Source: a virus
DNA length: 44,286 nucleotides
IMG/VR virus record: IMGVR_UViG_3300022904_000001
Reading direction: 5' to 3' (one strand)
Part shown: in pieces, positions 40,005 to 44,286 of the stretch
Position numbering within the stretch: the stretch's first letter is position 1
Layout of the letters: each line of letters begins with the position of its first letter
Position numbers and translations under genes: made by a program
Notes under the pieces: generated by a model
Database searches by the model: none
What the model was told of the DNA's origin: nothing
Seen by the model: only the letters and a program-made list of their open reading frames with translations

Positions 40005-40220
40005 ATGCAGCATGTTCTTCTGAGTTTTGATGGAGTCGCTGTCGGCCTGATCGAGGGATTGACTCGAGCCCTGACCCCTCCGCCGAACGAGTATGAGCAG
40101 GCTCGCGACGCGGACGGTGATCTGCTCTGGATCGATGACCGCGGCTTTACGCAGTACACCGTCTCCGGCAAGGCGACGCCAAGAGATGGCTGGCGCCCGC
40201 TCTACGTCAAAAAAGGCTGA
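40005..40220 (+). CDS. hypothetical protein (71 aa)
   Basis: ORF track. GAAGG RBS lies in a low-GC patch. Confidence 0.55.
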   Translation: MQHVLLSFDGVAVGLIEGLTRALTPPPNEYEQARDADGDLLWIDDRGFTQYTVSGKATPRDGWRPLYVKKG

Positions 40221-40221
40221 C

Positions 40222-40428
40222 ATGAGTAGCTACCAGGAGATCGAGCGTCACTCGCTCGGCATCGGCACGGAAGCGCTCTATGTGGCAGACGAGACGAATC
40301 ATGCGCAGTGGATCTCGGACGACTTCGTCGAGAAGTTCGGCGGACAGGAGCCGGACATCCCGGTCATGATGGCTTGCGACACCTGCGGTGATCAGCACCA
40401 ATGGAGAAAGGTCTACGTGAAGGCATGA
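40222..40428 (+). CDS. hypothetical protein (68 aa) with C-terminal CDTCGD motif
   Basis: Internal ATG of ORF 40093..40428. Confidence 0.5.
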   Translation: MSSYQEIERHSLGIGTEALYVADETNHAQWISDDFVEKFGGQEPDIPVMMACDTCGDQHQWRKVYVKA

Positions 40429-41231
40429 GCCCACACTGGGAAGACAAGATCGAGTCGGCTCGCTGGGAGGCCGGTAAGCCCGTGCGCGCTATCCGCTCCC
40501 TGGCCGATCTGCGGCCGGGGGACATCATGTTCGGCCCTATCGGCGGCATCGTGCCCGGCCTGTTCCCGGTCGGCGCCGGTCAGGCGCTGCTGGGTGAGGT
40601 CTTCCGCTCCGGCGTCATGTCGTCCCGGCACGTCGGGGTGGTGGTGGAAGCGGCGGAGCGGCGAGGCGAGTCGCCGGCCGAGGCGGCATCCATGATTGTC
40701 CCCGATCTCCAGTGGGTGACCACGCGCGACGATCGACTGATCATGAAGGGTCCTCGCCTCGTCCAGGCCATGCCCCACGGCGCCGAAGAGATCGAGCTGA
40801 CTGAGGCAGCGCACTGGACGGACCGCCACGCGTACGTGCGCATCCCCGAGGACTACCCCGGGCAGGGCAGCGACGCCGCGGCCATCGCGCGCCTGTTCGT
40901 CTCGGAGCGGGTGCCGTACTCCTTCCTCTCCTACGCCGCGCTCATCGCCTGGAAGTGGGGGTGGAAGGCGGAGCGGCTGGAGCGGTGGATCGATCGGCGC
41001 CGGCCGACCGTTGCGCCCTTCCCCCGCCCCCCTTTCGCGCTCGCAGGGAAGACCGTAGGTGCGCAGCTCCCCTGCGAGGCCATCTGCTCCGTGCTCGCGG
41101 ATCAGGCGTGGTCGCTGGCCGGCAAACGGGTCATGGAGGGTGTGCCGCACCAGGCGGTGACGCCCGGCGCCATGGCCGCGCGGCTGTTCGCCATGCAGGG
41201 CATCGAGTGGGGTGGGAAGGGGTTTCTGTGA
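40425..41231 (+). CDS. permuted papain-fold (NlpC/P60 superfamily, YiiX/C92-like) hydrolase (268 aa)
   Basis: LRPGDIMFGP...SRHVGVVVEA...VPYSFLSY...EAICSVLADQAW. The His-before-Cys order matches the permuted family. Confidence 0.5.
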   Translation: MSPHWEDKIESARWEAGKPVRAIRSLADLRPGDIMFGPIGGIVPGLFPVGAGQALLGEVFRSGVMSSRHVGVVVEAAERRGESPAEAASMIVPDLQWVTTRDDRLIMKGPRLVQAMPHGAEEIELTEAAHWTDRHAYVRIPEDYPGQGSDAAAIARLFVSERVPYSFLSYAALIAWKWGWKAERLERWIDRRRPTVAPFPRPPFALAGKTVGAQLPCEAICSVLADQAWSLAGKRVMEGVPHQAVTPGAMAARLFAMQGIEWGGKGFL

Positions 41232-41359
41232 CCCTCTGGCTCCTACTGGCTGTGCTCGGCATGGCCTGCCTGCTGGTCACGCTGGCGCTCGTGGTCGAGC
41301 TTGAGGATGCCGGGACGGTGCCGGTGGAGCCGGCGCGGCATCGCATGATCGAAAGCTAG
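41228..41359 (+). CDS. 43-aa membrane peptide
   Basis: GTGA overlap. VTLWLLLAVLGMACLLVTLALVV... Confidence 0.45.
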   Translation: MTLWLLLAVLGMACLLVTLALVVELEDAGTVPVEPARHRMIES

Positions 41360-41448
41360 GATGCACGATCGCAGGCCTCGGAGCTTCATCGCCCGGGGCC
41401 TGTCGCTTGCGCTGGAATTGAAACGTGTCAAACGTGGGCAAAAAGGAA

Positions 41449-41466
41449 GGGCCCCTCGCGGGGCCC
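41449..41466. terminator. GC hairpin with tetraloop (gggcccc-tcgc-ggggccc)
   Basis: Lies between convergent 41359(+) and 41474(-). Confidence 0.55.
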
Positions 41467-41473
41467 CGCTCCC

Positions 41474-41641
41474 TCAGCTCGCCGGCTGGATGAAGTACTC
41501 CGGCCGCGGCTCACCCTCCCGCTCGCCACCTTCCTCGAAGTCGCTGAGGAGGTAGCTCATCTCCCGCTCCATCTTGGCCTTGCTGCCCTCGTCGATGATC
41601 TCAAGGCCGTCGCCCTCGTCGATCGCCAGTTGGTATGTCAT
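41474..41641 (-). CDS. strongly acidic 55-aa protein (net charge about -10)
   Basis: MTYQLAIDEGDGLEIIDEGSKAKMEREMSYLLSDFEEGGEREGEPRPEYFIQPAS. Has its own promoter motif and a GGGAGGGG RBS. Confidence 0.55.
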   Translation of the reverse strand: MTYQLAIDEGDGLEIIDEGSKAKMEREMSYLLSDFEEGGEREGEPRPEYFIQPAS

Positions 41642-41660
41642 CTCCGGCCCCTCCCTCTCG

Positions 41661-41684
41661 CTTATATGTCTACTATAGCAGAGG
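41661..41684 (-). promoter_or_regulatory. Conserved promoter motif, long form (cctctgcTATAGTagacatataag)
   Basis: -10 is the reverse complement of 41672-41677. Leadered. Confidence 0.6.
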
Positions 41685-41686
41685 AA

Positions 41687-41710
41687 GGGAGGGGGTCGCA
41701 ACCCCCTCCC
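41687..41710. terminator. Hairpin gggagggggt-cgca-accccctccc
   Basis: 10-bp perfect stem with a tetraloop. Separates the two monocistronic minus-strand units. Confidence 0.65.
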
Positions 41711-41720
41711 CCGAGATTCC

Positions 41721-41891
41721 TCAGGCCTTGTTCGCCCGGACCCAATCGGAGCCGTGGGCCGGCGTCTTGCTCGCCTCGATGTCTGCCTGCATCCGGGCGC
41801 GGGTGCTGTTGACCTGGCTCTCCGGCACCGCCCGGGTCACCCGGACCTTGTCGCCGTCGTTCGCCACTCGCTCGACCTTGAAGAGGCCCAT
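41721..41891 (-). CDS. 56-aa hypothetical protein
   Basis: MGLFKVERVANDGDKVRVTRAVPESQVNSTRARMQADIEASKTPAHGSDWVRANKA. Has its own promoter motif. Below the ORF-track cutoff. Confidence 0.5.
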   Translation of the reverse strand: MGLFKVERVANDGDKVRVTRAVPESQVNSTRARMQADIEASKTPAHGSDWVRANKA

Positions 41892-41919
41892 TTCCGTCTC
41901 CTTCGTTCGTTCCCGCTTG

Positions 41920-41943
41920 CTTATATATCTACTATAGCAGAGG
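41920..41943 (-). promoter_or_regulatory. Conserved promoter motif, long form (cctctgcTATAGTagatatataag)
   Basis: -10 is the reverse complement of 41931-41936. Confidence 0.6.
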
Positions 41944-41980
41944 AAAGGAGGGGCCGCAACCCCTTGCGCAGAATCTTTCC

Positions 41981-41997
41981 TCTGCTATAGTAGAGGC
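41981..41997 (+). promoter_or_regulatory. Conserved promoter motif, leaderless (tctgcTATAGTagaggcATG)
   Basis: -10 at 41986-41991. ATG at 41998. Confidence 0.6.
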
Positions 41998-42177
41998 ATG
42001 GACAAGGTGAGCGACGACCTCAAGCCGATGTTCGGCGTCTGGTACCGCAACACCGAGCATCCCTGGATGCTCGGCAAGGTCACCGGCGTGGGGCTGGACT
42101 ACGTCGAGGTGACGGCGACCGACGGCATCGGCACCTGCACGCACGAAGAGTTCGCACAGATGTGGGAGTTGATCTAG
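41998..42177 (+). CDS. 59-aa hypothetical protein, leaderless
   Basis: MDKVSDDLKPMFGVWYRNTEHPWMLGKVTGVGLDYVEVTATDGIGTCTHEEFAQMWELI. Below the ORF-track cutoff. Confidence 0.5.
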   Translation: MDKVSDDLKPMFGVWYRNTEHPWMLGKVTGVGLDYVEVTATDGIGTCTHEEFAQMWELI

Positions 42178-42390
42178 ATGGCAAAGCTGATGCTGATCGG
42201 CTCAGTCGCCCAGGTCGAGTTGACCAGCGACTCGCTCGAAGGTCAGGTATTCGCCACCTGCGTGATACATCCCGCCTTCAGGCGGGAGTACGGCGGACTC
42301 TGCTCCTGGGCAGCGCGCTATGACGACATGAACGACGCGACCGGGTACGCCGCGGATCACGCGGACACAGGAAGGCAGGATGCATCGTGA
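42178..42390 (+). CDS. hypothetical protein (70 aa)
   Basis: ORF track. The ATG directly follows the upstream TAG. Confidence 0.55.
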   Translation: MAKLMLIGSVAQVELTSDSLEGQVFATCVIHPAFRREYGGLCSWAARYDDMNDATGYAADHADTGRQDAS

Positions 42391-42611
42391 CCACGGTCTA
42401 CTTAGCGATCATCGCCCCCGACAACCAGGGGCCGACAGTCCTCGGCGTGTTCAGCACGCTCGAAGCGGCCCAAGCAGCACACCAGACGCCCGGCGAGTGG
42501 GAGTACTCCCGCGTGTATGGCCAGTGGTGGCAGTGCAACTACCCCAGTGGTGTCGGTCACAACGACAACGAGGTCCACCCGCTCGAACTGGACGAAAGGA
42601 CGCAACCGTGA
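42387..42611 (+). CDS. hypothetical protein (74 aa)
   Basis: ORF track. GTGA overlaps on both sides. Confidence 0.55.
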   Translation: MTTVYLAIIAPDNQGPTVLGVFSTLEAAQAAHQTPGEWEYSRVYGQWWQCNYPSGVGHNDNEVHPLELDERTQP

Positions 42612-43504
42612 GCACGCTCGGATCCCTCTGGACAGGCGCCGTCGCCTACGTCTCGCTCGGCGTGGGCGCCGGCCTGTCCATGGCTGGCAACCTGGCGGAC
42701 ACCTACCGCACCCGCGGCGCCGGCCAGGTGGACGCGCTGGACAAGATCCTCGCACTCGCCTGGCCGGCGCTGGTCATCCTGGCCATCGAGATGTTCGTGT
42801 CCGAGCGGTGGAAGCGCTCGACCATGTTCCAGATCTGGCGATGGACCGGCTGTCTGGCCATCGGCTCGATGGCCATGGTGGCCAGTTGGACACACCTGCA
42901 CGACCTGTTGGCCAGTCGTGGCCAGTTGGCCGTCGTGGCCATCCTCGGACCGCTGGCCATCGACGGCATGGCCATCATGGCCACCGGCCTGATTCTGTCC
43001 ACCCGTGGGCAGTCTGGCCAACTGGCCACGGCGCCGGCCAGTGCGCCTACGGTTGGCCAAGCGCTGGCCAACAAGGACATGGCCACGCTGGCCAACTGGC
43101 CAGCGGAGGTGGCCACGCTGGACGCGATCGTGCAGGCCGAAGCGCTCATCCGTGGCCAGGAGCTGGCCAAGCAGATGGCCAGTCCGCAGGAGCCGACGTT
43201 TGAGGCTGGCCAGTTGGCCGATGACCTGGACGCGTGGGAGTGCGGGGTGGATGCGGCGATTCATGACGCCGGCCAGGAGCTGGCCAGGCAGGCGGAGGCC
43301 GTGGCCAACGGGCACCTTGCCGAGGACCCGCCTGTGGTGCCCGCGGTGCCTCCGGCGGCGGCGCTGCTGATCCAGGAGTGCTTGGCCAAGCAGGATGCCA
43401 AGAGCGCTATCGATGCGCTGGTAGCTGCTGAGCACGGTGTCTCGCCGCGGCAGGCGAGGCGGTGGCGGACGGAGGTTGCGCGCACGCTCCCTCCTCTGCT
43501 ATAG
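42608..43504 (+). CDS. DUF2637-like polytopic membrane protein with low-complexity linker and C-terminal HTH-like end (298 aa)
   Basis: GTGA start. Four hydrophobic segments. ..ASWTHLHDLLA...LGPLAIDGMAIMATGLIL resembles the DUF2637 S-x-x-H...PL.vDG signature. C-terminus ..HGVSPRQARRWR.. Confidence 0.45.
   Translation: MSTLGSLWTGAVAYVSLGVGAGLSMAGNLADTYRTRGAGQVDALDKILALAWPALVILAIEMFVSERWKRSTMFQIWRWTGCLAIGSMAMVASWTHLHDLLASRGQLAVVAILGPLAIDGMAIMATGLILSTRGQSGQLATAPASAPTVGQALANKDMATLANWPAEVATLDAIVQAEALIRGQELAKQMASPQEPTFEAGQLADDLDAWECGVDAAIHDAGQELARQAEAVANGHLAEDPPVVPAVPPAAALLIQECLAKQDAKSAIDALVAAEHGVSPRQARRWRTEVARTLPPLL
42780..43388. repeat. TGGCCA hexamer array 2 (25 copies in 609 bp) inside the DUF2637-like gene
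   Basis: Copies start at 42780,42855,42870,42879,42909,42919,42936,42954,42969,42978,43015,43023,43054,43065,43080,43089,43097,43110,43153,43164,43176,43207,43281,43302,43383. Confidence 0.9.
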
Positions 43505-43516
43505 TAGAGATATAAG
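43495..43516 (+). promoter_or_regulatory. Conserved promoter motif, long form (tctgcTATAGTagagatataag), overlapping the stop of 42608..43504
   Basis: -10 at 43500-43505. Confidence 0.6.
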
Positions 43517-43536
43517 GAACGAGCGAGGGAGCGGAC

Positions 43537-43719
43537 ATGGCGGACCAGAAGTACCCCCACGACCTGACGATCAGCGAGCTGCGCAGCGACCTGGAGCGGG
43601 CGCAGACGGCACTCACGGAAGCGCTCGGCGCCGGCAACCGGACCATTGCTCACAACCAAGTGAACAGCATCATCGAGATCCAGCGGATGATCGAAGACCT
43701 TAGGGGCGAGAAGGCCTGA
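43537..43719 (+). CDS. hypothetical helical protein (60 aa)
   Basis: ORF track. GGGAG RBS. Confidence 0.55.
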   Translation: MADQKYPHDLTISELRSDLERAQTALTEALGAGNRTIAHNQVNSIIEIQRMIEDLRGEKA

Positions 43720-43740
43720 ACCTTAGGCTGCCAGGGAAAA

Positions 43741-43774
43741 CAAGGGGGTCCACGCTTAAGCGTGGACCCCCTTG
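43741..43774. terminator. Hairpin with 15-bp perfect arms and TTAA loop
   Basis: caagggggtccacgc-ttaa-gcgtggacccccttg. Confidence 0.7.
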
Positions 43775-43789
43775 TCGTGCCATGGTTCG

Positions 43790-43806
43790 TCTGCTATAGT
43801 AGACAC
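43790..43806 (+). promoter_or_regulatory. Conserved promoter motif, leaderless (tctgcTATAGTagacacATG)
   Basis: -10 at 43795-43800. ATG at 43807. Confidence 0.6.
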
Positions 43807-43998
43807 ATGATGAACAACGGAGACAGCGGCAGTCAGTATTCCGAGAAGGCGCTCAAGCGGCGCCAGCAGCAGGCCATCGCGCAGGACATGAAGCGGCGCG
43901 GAGGCAACCCCGTTACCGTGTCCGACCTGCGGCAGCGGCACAGCGTCGGCAACCGGCCGGGGACCGGCTTCCTGAGCACGCTCCTGCATCACGGCTAG
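43807..43998 (+). CDS. hypothetical basic protein (63 aa), leaderless
   Basis: Internal ATG (MMNNGDSGS...) of ORF 43762..43998. Confidence 0.55.
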   Translation: MMNNGDSGSQYSEKALKRRQQQAIAQDMKRRGGNPVTVSDLRQRHSVGNRPGTGFLSTLLHHG

Positions 43999-44008
43999 GT
44001 CTTCACTC

Positions 44009-44052
44009 CTGATTGTTGATCTGCTATACTAGAAGTAGCGATCAACGATCAG
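44009..44052 (+). promoter_or_regulatory. Promoter motif (ctgcTATACT) bracketed by a 13-bp inverted repeat (operator-like)
   Basis: ctgattgttgatc (44009-44021) and gatcaacgatcag (44040-44052), matching 12 of 13. -10 at 44025-44030. Confidence 0.5.
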
Positions 44053-44064
44053 CAGGAGGTCACC

Positions 44065-44199
44065 ATGCTCACCCGCTTCGTCCGCTTCGTCCTCAGCGCC
44101 TGGAAGGCCTGCGAGACCTGCAAGGGTTCCGGCCAGCACAACGGCAAGAAGTGCCCAGCCTGCAACGGCCAGGGCGGCATCAACACCGGCAACGTCTGA
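44065..44199 (+). CDS. 44-aa DnaJ-CR-type zinc-finger micro-protein (2x CxxCxGxG)
   Basis: MLTRFVRFVLSAWKACETCKGSGQHNGKKCPACNGQGGINTGNV. AGGAGG RBS. The 3' end is also present at 1..40. Confidence 0.5.
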   Translation: MLTRFVRFVLSAWKACETCKGSGQHNGKKCPACNGQGGINTGNV

Positions 44200-44286
44200 C
44201 CTGACCACCCAGAAGGGCCCGGAGAGGATTCCTCTCCGGGCCCTTCTGGGCATCCCCTCACGCCTTCAACGCAAGCATGCCCTCCC
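44160..44286. repeat. Second copy of the 127-bp closure overlap
   Basis: Identical to 1..127. Includes the terminator copy at 44208..44250. Confidence 0.9.

Noticed and set aside
41660-42000. CRISPR-like appearance of repeated roughly 35-bp units with hairpins
   Set aside because: There are only two or three copies. Each coincides with a promoter motif and terminator flanking real micro-genes. There is no regular repeat-spacer periodicity and there are no cas genes.

Overview
The window is one complete, circularly assembled genome. Bases 1-127 are an exact copy of 44160-44286, so the unique length is 44,159 bp. It is a high-GC siphovirus-type phage with actinobacterial features: many ATGA/GTGA start-stop overlaps, TAnnnT-type -10 boxes and leaderless genes.

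Gene layout:
- **Late operon, minus strand, about 25.7 kb down to 3.7 kb:** small terminase, large terminase, HK97-type portal, ClpP-like prohead protease, major capsid protein, head-tail connectors, two paralogous tail-tube-like proteins, G/GT chaperones with a verified -1 frameshift site, tape measure, a 939-aa tail-tip protein, and an amidase lysis cassette.
- **Leftward early operon, minus strand, 33.5 kb down to 25.7 kb:** RecD-like helicase, Prim-Pol/SF3 primase-helicase, endonuclease VII, and an iteron-rich origin-like gap.
- **Rightward operons, plus strand, 33.6 to 44.2 kb:** SF2 helicase, PD-(D/E)XK nuclease, many Cys-rich micro-ORFs, a papain-fold hydrolase and a DUF2637-like membrane protein.
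- **Junction region, 99-3611:** a minus-strand FtsK/SpoIIIE (TraB-like) translocase next to a counter-oriented plus-strand cassette of small and membrane proteins.

I recognised no integrase, repressor or ParAB.

Strongest unexplained signals:
- Two very dense arrays of the palindromic hexamer TGGCCA. There are 14 copies in 301 bp inside the 3' end of the translocase gene and 25 copies in 609 bp inside the DUF2637-like gene. The motif sits in more than one codon phase. The two arrays bracket about 1.07 kb across the circular junction.
- A 15-member family of a conserved promoter motif (tCTGcTATAGTagag). Nine members sit exactly 6 nt upstream of an ATG, which implies leaderless transcripts.
- An origin-like iteron field with a perfect 32-bp palindrome.
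- Three copies of a 15-bp repeat containing a canonical DnaA-box 9-mer, just upstream of the small terminase gene.
- A roughly 390-nt promoter-driven, non-coding-looking leader with a tRNA-like T-arm.

All family names come from motif recognition by eye. No database search was possible.
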